64,000 nucleotides of DNA, taken from assembly GCF_009914755.1 (NCBI RefSeq), contig NC_060936.1, one strand, 5' to 3'. Origin of the DNA: the human T2T-CHM13v2.0 reference genome, Homo sapiens. Shown here in pieces: positions 41,997-63,585 of this stretch. Within the stretch, counting starts at the first letter, position 1. The number at the start of each line of letters is the position of its first letter. The notes below the pieces were generated by a model that saw nothing but the letters and a program-made list of their open reading frames with translations, was not told the origin of the DNA and ran no database searches. The translations under genes and the position numbers were made by a program.

Positions 41997-44177
41997 TCAG
42001 TAAATGCCATTGTTCTTATGGGAGGACTGGTGGAAGGGGCCCAATGAGGGGGGTTCCCAGCCGTTGCCTGGGCAGTGAGGGACCTGGAGTGGGCGCAGCT
42101 GTTTTGAGGAAGGCTCCTGCCAGGGTTTGGCCCTGCAGTTGGGCTTCAAGACTCTGACATACAGGACTGTGCGGAAGGTAGGACGGCCCAGGGGGCGGGG
42201 GAGGTTGGTTCATGCTGGTTGCCACGCATCTGCCGGGAGAGCAAGAGTTTGCAAATCCAACTGATCTCTTGCATTCATATGTTCATTCATTCAAGAGGCA
42301 TTCATTGAGCTCCTGCTGTATGCTAGGAGCTGGAGATGAAGCAGGGAATGACTCATGGAACTCAGTCTGTTGGAGAGATAGTCACTAATAAAAGCATCCT
42401 GTCAAGTGATAATGTGTGACCAGTGTGCTGAAGGTCAAGTTCAGTTGGGAGCTCAGAAGAGGCTTCTCTTATGTGCAATTGGAAGCAGACAGGGCAGAGG
42501 GAATGGCTCATGCCAACACCCACAGGCAGCTGGCGTGACTAGCGGCAGATCGTGTAGGTGGGGCAGGAGCCTGGGTCTGGAATCACAGCTCTCTGGGCAT
42601 CCTCCAAGCCACGAGGGCAGCGCCTGTCTCACCTGTGTCAAGGCTGGGTGTGGGGAACAGTAGGATTGACCAAGAACAGGTGCCCTTATGCAGGGGTTAG
42701 ACCCTCCCCCCTTCAGGGACAGGAAGAACATGGTGGCCAAGGGCAGATGTGGCCCCTCCCTCTCCCTTCCCATCTGCCTGACAGCTTTTAGTGACTACTT
42801 ACTGTGTGCAAAGTACCTACTGTGTGCGGGTCCCAAGGACCCTGTGATGTACAAAACTGTCGACTGTAGCAGGGCACGGTGGCTCATGCCTGTAATCCCA
42901 GCACTTTGGGAGGCCAAGGTGGGAGGGCTGCTTGAGCCCAGGAGTTTGAGACCAGCCTAGGCAACATAGTGAGACCCCATCTCTACAAAAAATACAAAAA
43001 TTAACCAGGTGTCGTGGTGTGTGCCTGTAGTCTTAGCACTTTGGGAGGCCAAGATGAGGATAGCTTGAGCCTGGGAGGTCTAGGCTGCGGTGAGCCATGA
43101 TTATGCCACTGCACTCCAGCCTGGGTGACAGAACAAGACCCTGTCTCAAAAAAAAAAAAAAACATTGTCGACTCTGCATGGCCCCCTTCCATCGAGGGCA
43201 GAGGCACCTACTTGTGCTTTTTGGGGTTTCTTGTGGAGATCGGCTGTGGGGGTTCCACCATGGCCTCATGTGACAGGGGCACCCTTTGTTGCCACTGCCC
43301 TGCAGACATGCCCAGCGGGACATGGCCACATGCAGAGACGGTGCCTGTGGAGGGGTGTGTGGCAGAGAGAACCCCATTTGTAGGTTCGCATCTCCACCTT
43401 GCATTCCCTTTCATGGGTTCCTTACAAGGTGGATGCCATGCTGCCACCTGGTTGGCAGATGAGGAAATCCAGGTTCAGAGAGGTTGAGTCAGGCATCAGG
43501 AGCCACACAGCCAATACGTGTCCCCCTTTGTAATGTGAGCCCTGGGAGAGCAGTGTTCGTCTGTGCTGTTCACCGTGGTATCTCAGGGCCTAGCCTGGTG
43601 TCTGGCACACAGTAGGCCCTCAGTAACACCTGAAGAGAGGATGAAGGAGGGCGTGATTGGAGGCAGCAAATGTACCCAGGCCCCTGTGGCTCTGTAGCTT
43701 GTGTTGTGCAGCCACTACCCCTGCCCAGGGAGGGAGTCACTGGAGTGGCACTGCTGTTCATTCAGGGTGTGCTGATATCAGGGATCTGGGGCCCAGTTTT
43801 GTGCCTGAGTAGGGAGAGCATTTCTTCTCCATCTTGAAGAGCGACATGGATATGTGGTCTCCAGCAGGGGCCCAGGCCCAGCGAGGGTCAGGAGGAAGGA
43901 AGGATGGTGCCCACAGAGGTCCCAACTGTTCTGCACCGTGGACAGCAGAGGGGTGGGGGGTCTCAGTGCCATTCTGGTGATGTTGTGCCTAAGGAAAGGC
44001 CCTCTGGCCATGGGAGGAGAAGGATGCCCCAGTTGAGATGGGCAGGCAAAGGTCTGCTAGTCCTGAGGGTCCCCTGTCAGTGCAGGAAATCCCTCTGGAC
44101 CCCCGTGACTTTTGTTAATTTATTCCTTTTTATTTTTTGTTTTATATTTATTTTTGTTTTTGTTTTTGTGTGTGTGA

Positions 44178-44429
<252 letters not shown>

Positions 44430-44463
44430 TAAGCCTCCCAGAGTGCTGGGATTACAGGTATGA

Positions 44464-44736
<273 letters not shown>

Positions 44737-45021
44737 TGATCTGCCTGCCTCGGCCTCCCAAAGTGCTGGGATTACAGGCGTGAGCCACCGTGCCCGGCCC
44801 TATGTTTATTTTTTAGACACCAATAATATACTCTCACCGCAACATGGAAATAACAACAATGTCAGCCAGTCTTTATGAAGCATTTTCTACGTTCTAGGGC
44901 TTTACAGCTATCAATTCATGCTCATAATATGCCTATGAAGTAGGCATGATCATGGTTCCCCTCTTACAGATGGAGAAACTGAGGTAGAGAGTAATCATGT
45001 AAGTCACTTAAGGTCCCATAA

Positions 45022-45288
<267 letters not shown>

Positions 45289-45868
45289 TAATCCACCTGC
45301 CTCGGCCTCCCAGAGTGCTGGGATTACAGGCATGAGCCACCGCGCGTGGCTGGTGCTGGGATTTGAACCCACATTCCAGAATCTGTGTTCTTAGCCATCC
45401 TTGCTAGAGATAAGCAGTAACAGGCTTCTTGGTTACTTCCCCACCATCCCCACATCCCAATTCTGATTCCTCCCCAGAGGTACCCACTGTTTCAGGATGA
45501 GTTTGCTTCTGCCAGACCTTTCTTGCCCACCATTTACAAAATGTTTGTGTACACATAAACATTAGTAGTTTGGTTTTATGTATGTTCATGTAAATGGGAT
45601 TGTCTAGGGTGTCTTGTTCTGCCGTTTGCTTTTTCGCTTAGTGAATAGCCCTGGAGCTCTCCCAGAGGTGGTGGGGTGGGTCTTCCTCACTCTTTCCCCC
45701 TGATGCAGTCTTCCAGCCTATAGATGGGCCAGATTCTTTCACTAGTCTCCAGCTGGTGGGCATTTAGGTTGTTTCTAGTTTTTCCCCATTATAAACGTTT
45801 TAGCAGGAAATATGTAGCAGGGAGCAAGTATTTCTCTTGAATACTTAAAAGTGGGATTCCTAGAGCCT

Positions 45869-46456
<588 letters not shown>

Positions 46457-46529
46457 AAAAGCAGGATTCCAGAGTCTAGAATCAATTCTGCCAAATTGGC
46501 CATGCCCCTTACAGAATGCCACTTGGTAG

Positions 46530-47570
<1,041 letters not shown>

Positions 47571-47586
47571 TAAAAAAGAACTTTTA

Positions 47587-49003
<1,417 letters not shown>

Positions 49004-49987
49004 TCACTGTGTTCTACTCACCTGCCAGGCTCCATCTTTGACTCAGGTATGCATGACAGGACCATATGGCTTTCATCTAATTGCTCTCTCTTTGGGATCC
49101 TGTTACGTGGTAGGGCCTTACTCTAGAGCATGAGCAAAACCGATGTGATACTGGCCCTGAGGGGCTCACGATGTGGGTGGAGGAAACCTATGGTTACTCT
49201 TTCATTCATTCGACAGATATTTATGGAGCACCTACTATGTGTTAGGCACATGCTAGGTTCTGGGGGACCAGGCGGGCCTAGTGGAGGCTGTTGAGGAAAT
49301 AAACCCACAGATGAGCATGGAATTAAAAATGGTAAATTGTGTTCTAAAACTGGTAAACTGTGTTCTAAAGGAAAAGCAATGGGGTCTCTGGGAGGATAAC
49401 TGAGGGGTCCCGGTTTGGCGGTTTGGGAGAGTCATCCAAGAATCCTTTGAAGTAACGTTTTCAAACTGACTGTGGCGTAACATGCAGACCTGGAAGTGCG
49501 TGAAGTATGAGACACATCTGAAGCTCTGTGTTTCCGTGTGTGTGCAACGCAAGTGACCAGCACCCCAGAGGGCTCCTTCATGCCTCCCCCAGGCCAGTGC
49601 CCTGTACCCCCATACATACCACCTCTTATCACCACAGGTTCGATTTCTCTGTTCTTGAACATCATGTGAATGGAATCACACAGTAGGTTGCCTTTGTTTT
49701 ATTTTATTATTTTATTTTGAGACAGGGTCTCACTGTGTCACCTAGGCTGGAGTGCAGTGGTGTGATCATGGCTCGCTGTAGCCTCAACCTCCCAGCCTCA
49801 GGTTATTTTTGTGCCTCAGCCTCCCCAGTAGCTGGGATCACCGTCACGTGCCACCACTCCCAGCTAATAAATAGGTTGCCTTTTATTTCTGGCTCCTTTT
49901 GCCCAGCATAATGTTTTAGAGATTGATCACATTGATCGTACATGTCAATAGTGTCTTCCTTTTTTTTTTTTTTTTTTTTTTTTTTGA

Positions 49988-50299
<312 letters not shown>

Positions 50300-51026
50300 T
50301 AGATTCCATTGCACAGCTGTCTCCATGTCCCACAACTGGTTTATCCCATCCTCTGTTGATGAATATTTGGGTTGTTTCTATTTTGATTTATGAATAAGGC
50401 TGTTATGAAGTTTGCATCTAAGTCTAAATATGGACACACATCCTTTCATTTCTCTCAGGTGGATTCCTAGAAGTGGCATTGCTCAGTCATAGAGTAGGTA
50501 CATGTTTACTTTAGAGAAATTGCCAGACTTTTCCCAAAGCAGCTGCACCATTTTGTGTCCCACCGGCAGTGGGCGAGAGTTCCGGGTGGTTCCACTTCCC
50601 CACCAACACTTGAGCACTTGGTGGGTTTTTTTGTGTTTTGTTTTGTTTTTGTTTTGAGACGGAGTCTCGCTCTGTTGCCCAGGCTGGAGTGCAGAGGCAC
50701 AATCTCGGCTCACTGCAACCTCCGTCTCCTGGGTTCAAGCTGATTCTCCTGCCTTAGCCTCCCAAATAGCTGGGATTATAGGCGCGTGCCACCACACCCA
50801 GCTGATTTTTGTATTTTTAGTAGAAATGGGGTTTCACCATGTTAGCCAGGCACTTGGTGTTAAGAGTCACCGGTGGCTGCGTTCCTGGATCTCAAGGTGG
50901 CTTTACTTTGCGTTTCCCTGATGACTCATGGAGGTTAAGCACCTTTTCATATGTTGATTGGTCATCGGAATTTGGTCGTTTGTGAAGTACATGTTTTTAT
51001 TGTCTGTCTAGCCTTTTTTAAATTGA

Positions 51027-51338
<312 letters not shown>

Positions 51339-51907
51339 TGAACTCCTGACCTCGTGATCCACCTGCCTCAGCCTCCCAAAGTACTGGGATTACAGGCGTG
51401 AGCTACCTCACCTGGCCTCAATTTTTGTATTTTTAGTAGAGATGGGGTTTCACCATGTTGGCCAGGCTGGTCTTGAACTCCTGACCTCAGGTGATCTGTC
51501 CGCCTCGGCCTCCCAAAGTGCTGGGATTACAGGTGCGAGCCACCACGCCTGGCCAGGAGGTCACTTACTTTCATTCTAAGTAAATCACTGGGCCTTCCAG
51601 GCAGAGGGAACAGCATGGGCAGAGACCCTGAGTGGGGAATGTGTTTAGCATGTTTTGAAGAAAGGACAAGATGAAGAGGCCGGTGTGGTGGGAGCAGAGA
51701 GAGGGAGATGGGGAGCGGGGAAGTACATGTGGGTGGAGGACACTGGGAACGGGAGGACTTAGTGTTTTATTCCAAGCACAATCAGAAGCTGTTGGGAAAA
51801 CGCAAGCACAGATAAAAAACGGTTTTCTCATCATTTGTTAAAAATCTCAAGGCTGTGACACCATGAAAGACAAATAACGGCCCCAATACATGATCTTATC
51901 TGTGTGA

Positions 51908-52296
<389 letters not shown>

Positions 52297-52375
52297 TAGG
52301 GAGACCAAGGCAGATTACCTGAGATTGGGAGTTCGAGACCAGCCTGGCCAACATGGTGAAACCCCATCTCTACTA

Positions 52376-52668
<293 letters not shown>

Positions 52669-54413
52669 TCAAAAAAAATAAGTGAATATATAAAAAATAA
52701 AAATAATCTTGGAAGACCAGGTGTTGGGAGCCAGCTGGCCCTGGGTTTGAATAATGAATAAGCTGCTTTCTCAGCTCTGGGGCAAGTGGTATCACCTTTC
52801 TGAGACTCAGTTTCCCCCTCTGTACATTGGGGAGTACTCATAGTTCCTACCCCATAGGGCTGTGTGTCTTGGTGGGGAGAGCGCATGTGCCACGTGCCTG
52901 GCGCTGGGAGCACTCCATGAGTGCTGTGTTGCTGTTGCCACGGTTGTTGTGGTTTGTTATGGTTTTGACTTCGGGCGGAGAGCCCAGGTTTATTTCCAGT
53001 GCTTGCTGGGCCCTCAGGGGAAGGCATCCCCAAGACTCCTGTTCTCTGGGAGCCCTGATGGTAGGGCCCCATCAGATTCCCTAGGGCTTTTCCCAATCCA
53101 GGGAACCAGGGAGGTCCCAGAGGGCTTTGCCGTAGCCCTGGCTGGCTGGGGCTCTGTCACAGGCTTGGTGGTTGCTGCGGGGCCTGGGGTGTTGCCTGCA
53201 AAGCAAGCAGCCCTGGGGAGGCTTCTCCTAGCCCCTCGGAGCATCAGGTGGAACAGTCCGGGCGGCTCAGGAGCATCCCCTCAGTGAATCTGTGTCCAGG
53301 TGATGGGCCAAGGGTGCTCAGACCACAACTCTTGCATGTGCTTGCCAGGTAGTCAACTGTGATCCCTGACCTCTGACCCAGGGGTTGGCTCTGGGAACAG
53401 TTTTAAACAAAAGGAAAAGAAAGTTCTGACAACCAGTGGGTGGTGGCGAAGGGCTTAAGCTTTGGATCTGCACTTGCGGTCTGTCACTTAAAGGGTGCCC
53501 TGCAGGAGAGGGAGCAGATGTAATCCCAGTGCCAGCCTGGTGGAGGCCCTGCTGCCCAGGGCTGGAAGAGGCTTTGGAGGGAGAGAGCCAAGAGAAGGCA
53601 GCTGCCCAGAAGTCTGAGGCCAGGTGGGCTCAGCCCACAGGTGAGCCTCACCTGCAGTTGGGCCCCAGCTCTGCCCCCGACCTGCTGTGTGACCGCGGGC
53701 CTGTGGAGCAGGGTGATGGTGTAGCACCTCCAGGGGCACTATGAGGGCTGCGCTGGGAGAGAGCACTCTGTGACTGGGGGTGTGCAAGGGGAGGCCACAG
53801 TCTGCCAGGGGTGGGGGTGTGGGTGGAGGAGATGTCTGTGTTTTCCAAGGTCAGGAGAAGGGGAGAAAAGTCCCAGCTTTCTCTGGTCTCAGTGGCCACT
53901 GCAGGTGGGCAGCGTGGGCCCTTGGGAGGTGGGAGGGGGCTGCCTTCCCTGGGGTTGGTCAGCAAAGGCCTCTTGGCAGGAGGTGCCGGTCCTGATAGAT
54001 CTGGGTGAAGGAGTCCCAGGCTGAGGAATGGCAGGTTCACAAGCCCTGCAGTGAGCGTGAACCAGGCAAGTCTGTGGAATAGCCAGGCAGCCTGGGGTTC
54101 GAGGGAACAGGGAAAGGTGAGACTACAAAGGTAGTGGAGCTGGATTGCAGAGGCCCTTGTGGGCCACAGTGGGGACTTTAGGTTTTACATTAAGAGCAGT
54201 GGGAACAATTGGAGGATTTAGGCCTAGAGGGCCTGAGACACTTGCTGGGGCCACCTGCGGGTGGGAGTGGGTGCAAGGGACCCTCCAGGCTACCTGTGGT
54301 CTCCCAGCTCAGGCCCGCGATGGGAGAGTATGACATGATTTCCTCTAGAGACCTCCTTCCCCTGGGCACCGCTGAGCCCCAGGCAGGGCAAGGACAGGGG
54401 AGCAGTGTGTTTA

Positions 54414-55260
54414 TGTGGGGGAAAGGTGACATGCCTTTCATCACCCATCATCGGGCTCACGACCGACACTCTTGCAACAAGACAGGTCAGCAAGAGAAAA
54501 GCATCACAAAGTTATTGAATCAAAGTTTTATGTGACATGTAGCTTTCAGGAATGAAGACCGAAAGACCCCAGGAAATGGTCTGTCTGGTGTTTAGGTTTG
54601 ATGGAGCAGGGATAGCTGCGTAAAAATGGGATTGGGATGAAAGGGTGTGATCTACTGAGCTAGACGGAGGCGGGGTCCCAGCAAGGCCTGCTTGCTCCCA
54701 TTCCTCTTGGCCTCTGCATGGTGTTCCTTCCTCCCAGTGTAGGGCAGGACCTCTCTGGAACTTACAACCTGCCTCCCTCAGACAAGGTAGGTTGGAGAAT
54801 TTCTCTGTGGATGGCTCCTACCCAGGAAGGTAGGGGAAGGTTAGAGTTATATTTCTAGGTTTTATGGCTGGCTTTCAGGGAGAGGGGTTCTAGATTCTAT
54901 GACCCACCTTGAGGAAGAATTCTGGTTCCGTTTTTCTTTTATCTTTTTTTTTTTTTTTTTGTTAAGAGAGATGGGGATTTGCTATGTTGCCCAGGCTGGC
55001 CTCAAACTCCTGGCCCTAAGTGATCCTGCTGCCTCGGCCTCCCAGTGTTGGGATTACAGGCGTGAGCCACTGTGCCCAGCCGCCTAGTTTCTATGACTCA
55101 CTTCAGGGGAGAAGGAGGGTGAGAGAGACAGGAAGGCAGAAGGAGGTGAGAGAGACTTTGCTTCTGAGGGCCCCTTCTGAGCCCTTCTAGTCTTCTTTAG
55201 TTCAAGTACGTAGCATGCCACAGCACCTTTCTTTGGGGTGTTGTTTTCTGAGCCCCAACA
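54414..55260 (-). mobile_element. ERV1-class solo LTR (MER39-like) with an inserted Alu monomer (~54935-55085)
   Basis: TG...CA termini. The reverse complement starts tgttggggctcagaaaacaacaccccaaa, as I recall for this LTR group; the subfamily is uncertain. Confidence 0.55.
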
Positions 55261-55603
55261 TTCATGGCCCTGAATGTGTGCCTCTGTGTGCCAGGTGTTG
55301 CCCTAAATTCTTGGACCTTCCCATGAGCTGGAGTTCACTGACCCATTTGACAGATGAGGAAACTGAGGCACTGGGAGAAGCAAAGAGACTTGCCTGGGAT
55401 CATGAAGTGAAGGGGATCTGAACCCTGAGACAGGAACTCTTGATCCCAAGGGGCCCCTAACCCCAAGCCCTTGGCCCCCTGCTGAACTGGTTCAAACCAG
55501 AGAGTGTATAACCCAGCTCCAGGCTGGGCTGGGCCTGAGGTGTGCGTCTCACCTGGCAGTTACAAGAAAAGGAAATTGCACTGGTTGCCACATTTACAAC
55601 CTA

Positions 55604-56176
<573 letters not shown>

Positions 56177-57573
56177 TCAAATGGAGCATGCCCAGCCTGC
56201 CGGGCCTCAGTTTCCACATATGCCCAGGCATGGATTAGCTGAGATGGTCTTGAAGTCCTGCCAGCCCTGGTGGTTCTGGAGGTTGAGCCTCAGTTTCCCT
56301 CATCTGTACAGTGGAGGACATGATGGAGTTCTAGCTGTTGATAAATGCCCTTTAAACCACCATTTATTGGGCTTTCCTTATACAGCAGGCACTTTACTGA
56401 CCTGGCTTCATTTTATCTTCACAGCAGCCCTGTGAGGGTAGCTGCGCCATTAGGCCCATTTCACAGATGGGGAGACTAGGTCTGAGAGAGCTTAGGTGGC
56501 TTTCCCAAGGTCTCACAGCCCCTGTGGCTGAGAGGGGCTTGGAACCTGGGCAGTTGGCTGCCCCTGTGAGCAGTGAGTCCTTAGAAGGACTTACTGTCAG
56601 TATTATTGATGGCACTGTTAACTAGGGCCCTGCATGGGTGGGGGCACCTGTTTTGGGCTCTTGGACTAGGAAAAGCTCCTGTGGCCATTTTATCCAATGC
56701 CACCATTTTATAGATGCCAACACCGAGGCCTGGAGGGGGCTGGCCAGCGCCCCTCACCTGGCACAGAGGACTCTGCCTGGCACATCCCACCCATGGCCTC
56801 TGATGCCCAGCTTGGAGAAGTGGTAGAAGAGGGGCTGGGGGATGCCTCAGGGGGACTTAGCCCTCAGCCCTGAGCCCCCCGCTGCATCACAGGCCTGAGT
56901 GCCCAGGAGGCAGTGGTCTGGGTAGGAGTGGCTGCGACTCGGGGGTAAATGTGCTTCAGAGCCATCCCCACTCATCCCCTTTCGAGCCAGGTGTCCCTGG
57001 TGTGTGACTTGGCCTTGCTGGGCCTCAGTTTTCTGTAAAATGGGAAGTGTCATGGGGGGCAGGCTACGGTAAGCACTGATAGGGCAGGTGAGGGGCAGCC
57101 TCGGGCCCACCCTTCTGGCAGGAGACATTTGGGGCACCCAGAAGCCCTGGAACAAGGCCACTCTGACCTTGATTTTGGGAGCACAAAGTCCCCCCAAGAG
57201 ATAGCACAGGAGCCCGGGTGTCTGATGAGTGACCCATCCCTTGGGGGCCTCAGTTCCTGGGTGTGCCTGGGTCTGCAGGGGAGGCAGAGGCACAGGTGGG
57301 CAGCTCCCTCTGGGTGGGCTGTGACCCTGCCTGGGCACAGGAGGGCCGTGCCCGTCCGTCCTTGCCGTGATTCTTCCAGGTGGCACCGCCCTCACACCTC
57401 CTTTACAGAGGAGGAAACTGAGACCCGGGGAGGCCACAGGAGTCGGGCTCTGGGCCCAGAGCCTGGGCGGGGATGCAGGAGCCACCCCCATGCCTCCGGG
57501 TGTGGGAAAGGGGAAGCAGAAAGAAAGGGACGTCCGCCGGAGGCCTGGCGGTTTCCTCTCGGGGCAGGAGTGC

Positions 57574-57627
57574 GAGGAGGAGGAGGAGGAGGAGGAGGAG
57601 GAGGAAGAGGAGGAGGAGGAGGAGGAG
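57574..57627. repeat. (GAG)18 purine triplet repeat (one GAA interruption) in a CpG-containing intronic patch
   Basis: Direct reading. Confidence 0.95.
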
Positions 57628-57808
57628 GGACGGCAGGAAGCCGCCTCGGGCTCTGACAGGCGCGGCCCTGGCCTGCCCCTGCCCTTCTGAGCCTGTGACC
57701 CGGGGGAAGGCACTTTGCCCTCCCTGTGCCTCAGTTTACTCAAGTAAAAATAGCTGAATGATGGCTCTGGCCCCAGGATCAACTGAGTGCTGTCTGGGAA
57801 GCACCTAG

Positions 57809-58279
<471 letters not shown>

Positions 58280-61059
58280 TGATGAAGCCATTTCACAGCC
58301 AAGAAAACTAGGCACAGAGAGGTCCAGAAACTTGCCCGAGGCCCCAGAGCTGGTAGGTGGCCAAGGCAGGAAATGAGAGTCCCTGGTGGGTCTGCCAAGG
58401 CCGGGGGGCACCAGGGGCAGGGGGTTTGTGTTTAGGCCCCAGAACAGGCAGAGAGAAAGCACCCACCCTCCACCGTCAGAACGAGCCTGTATCCCGGCAA
58501 GCAGGGCAGACTGAGCCCTGGTCTTGGCAGGCAGGCAGAGCTCAGGTCCTGGCGGGCACACAGGCTTAAGAAGCCGGTTTTTTCCTGGGCCCACGTCTCC
58601 TGGGGGACCAGCGGCAGAGGCTCCTGGGGTAGGAACGGAGGTCCCATCCTCACTCTGTCCTGGGCTGCCATGTGACCCAGGTAGGTCCCAGTCCTCTCTG
58701 AGCTATGAAGTGGGTGCCTGCAGTGGCCTTCTGGGAGTGATGGGGAAGGCGGAGGGGGTTGGGCAGGGCTCCTGCGGCCCCAGCCACACACACTGCCGCC
58801 CCATCTGCCCCCTTATTGGGGTTCCATGCAAAATCGTTTTTGAAAAAGTGCTTTGCCGCTTAGAAGAAACCCCCGACCGCGCTGAAACCACGGGGGCAGA
58901 TGGTATCGGGGCGCTTCCTTTCAGCTCAAATTCTGCGAATCCACAGCCTAGAAAGTGCCCTGAATCCAACAAGGGGGGAGGTAATTAAGTTATTATGGTC
59001 CATCCCCACCCCGTCCTGCTTACCAGGCCTGGCTGCTCTTACTGGCTTCTTGGAAGTTGGTGTGGTATTTTTTTGTTTTGTTTGTTTTCGAGGCTGGTAT
59101 TGAGATGAGACCATTGTGGGGTCAGGGCTGTGGGCTTGGAGGTTCAGGGTCAGGGTCCAGGGGCGAAGGGTGGACGCTGGAGAAGGGCAGATGGACAGGG
59201 TCAGGTTCAGATCTTGGCTCTTGTATCCTTGCTGTGTGGCTCTGGGCCAAGAACTTGGCCTCTCTGCGCCTCAGTGGCTCATTACAGAAAATGGGATGCC
59301 AGCACTTGCCTTAGTGGGTTGTTTTGAGCCAACTGCAGGCTCAGGGAGTAGCTGGCATGATGTGTTCCTACCCTGAAGGGCAGAAAAAGGGGAAGGAGGC
59401 CACCAGATCCCACAGGTGGGTCCCCAGGGTCCCTCCCCGGGATGGGCAGCAGCCTGGCTGCTCCCCACAGCAACCCCTGGCTGGCCCCATTGGCGCTGCT
59501 GGAAATCCCCCACCCAGTTCTTTGTGAATGGAAAAGGAAACTGATTGCGCTAGAAGAGGTCTCCGAGTGCCGGCCGGGGGTGGGGGGCGGGGGGGGCTTC
59601 CTCTCCCAGTGCAGGAGGGGCCACCTCAGCTTCCTTTCTGGGGCCCCATACCCCCTTTTTCCTATCTCCCCTCTGAGTTGAGGAGGAGGCTGTGGCCCCC
59701 GCCCACTGTTTGGCCTCTGGAACCACTGGGTGACAGTGTACATCGGGGCGATTAAGGGCCACCTGGCCTCTGGACCTCCCTCGCTGTGGCTGCTGCCTGG
59801 GACCCCCCACCCCATGCCTGACTCGAACCCCAACCTCAGCTCTACACACAGGGGCACCACTGTAGGAGGAGAGAGAAACCTCTCTCTAGGGAACCACCTG
59901 GAAGGGGGCCCTGCCCTGTCTTCATCTGGGTACCCCATGTAATCTAGGAAACTGTCTTTAACTTGCCGAGGGCCTCCATGTCTGAGTTCCTAATGTTTTT
60001 TATTTTGCTTTTTCAATTAATAAAGCTCATGGCAGAAACTATTTAAAGAAAAAAAAAAACAGTAACAGAAAAACCTCCCACAATCTCACTACCCAGAGAG
60101 AACCAGCATTTCCATTTTGGTAGATGTCATTATTGTCATTTTTGTTTTGTTTTTGAGACTGGGGGACACTGCTCTGTCCCCCAGACTAGAGAGCAGTGGC
60201 GCCATCTCGGCTCATTGCATCCTCAACCTCCTGGGCTCAAGGTGATCTTCCCACCTTAGCCTCCCAAGTAGCTGGGACTATTTAATGCTGCTATTAGCAT
60301 AGACATTAGCAGGACACCATGCCCTGCTAATTTTTAAGTTTTTTTGTAGAGACAAACTCTCACTATGTTGCCTAGGCTGGTCTTAAACTCCTAGGCTCAA
60401 CAGTCCTCCCGCCTAGGTCTCCCAAAGTTCTGGGATTTACAGGCATGAGCCACCACCACACCCAGCCTCTTCTCTGTCTTTAACTTTGCCTCCGCCTCCA
60501 AATTCCAATTCCTTCAGCAATTGCTGGGAAGGGATTACTTTTTGCACAATTCTGTCTGGAGCCCCTTGCAGGCAGGAGCTTGTGGACAAAAGCTTCAGCC
60601 TTTGCGGGCCTGGCATTCCTCATACTATTTGGTCACCTGCTTTTTTCACTTTGTGTCCTGAACATTTTTCTGTATTCTTTTTTTTTTTTTTTTCCACCTC
60701 CTAGGTTCAAGCGATTCTCGTGCCTCAGGCTCCCGAGTAGCCAGGATTACAGGCATGTGCCACCACGCCCGGCTAATTTTTGTATTTTTAGTAGAGACGG
60801 GGTTTCACCATGTTGGCCAGGCTGGTCTCGAACTCCTGACCTCAGGTGAGCTGCCTGCCTCAGCCTCCCAAAGTGCTGGGATTACAGCCACCGCGCCCAG
60901 CCCATTTTTAACTTTTTTGCTGGTATAGATGACCCTGGGATGAACACCTTATGTCAGTCTTGGTGCCCACTTCTGATGATTTTCTTCTGCTCAGTTCCTA
61001 GAAGGGGAGTGCTGGGTCAAGGCTTTTATGAGCACTTCTGATCCGTTCTTGCTCTCAAA

Positions 61060-62930
<1,871 letters not shown>

Positions 62931-63459
62931 TTTCTCTTCTGTTCCTTGGTCATACACATTTCTTGTGATTTATCAGGCTATTTACTCAGCATGTTTGTCT
63001 CCTGCACTGCTTGCCTTTTTCTTGATTTGTGAACACTACACGGCACGGATATTAGCTCTGTCCCATGTTGCAAATATTTCCCTGGTTTCCGATTTGACTT
63101 TTCAATTTTGTTCCTGCATTTCTTGACCTATGGGGGTTTGCAAGTTCCAGGCAGTAAAATCCAGTGATCTTCGCCTTTATGGTTTTATTCTTTGCTTTTT
63201 TACCTTAGAAAGGCCTTTCCCCACCCAGGATCAGATAAATAATTATTTAGGTTTTATTCTAGTTCTGTCTTGGTTTCCTTTTTCACTTTTAATTATTTAA
63301 TCCAGCTGGCTTTTGTTATGGGTGGCTGGTGTGATTTCCTGTTGTTTTGTGATGTCAGTGAGAGGCTGTGTGTCAAGGCCTGTGACATGGTAAACGTTCA
63401 GTAAACAGGAGCTAAAATGATAGTAATGAGAGTCCGTGCCGGGTGGAGCTCAGAAGGAC

Positions 63460-63585
63460 ATGGGATTCCCGGTGCTGTGCCGTGGCTGGAGGAGGACCTG
63501 GCCTGGCTGTGCCAGTTGGCTGGGAGCCCCTCCACCCCAGAAGCCCTTGCTCTCACCTCTTCTTCTGAATCATCGTTCTTCGAAG
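63460..63585 (+). CDS. SH2B3: Probable alternative first coding exon of a short SH2B3 isoform (42 codons, MGFPVLCRGW...LLLNHRSSK), GC splice donor
   Basis: Strong-Kozak ggacATGG at 63460, unique CpG-containing sequence, and a phase-0 end AAG|GCAGGC matching the phase of the exon 2 donor. It agrees with my recollection of a shorter annotated isoform with a distinct N-terminus (not verified). Confidence 0.55.
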
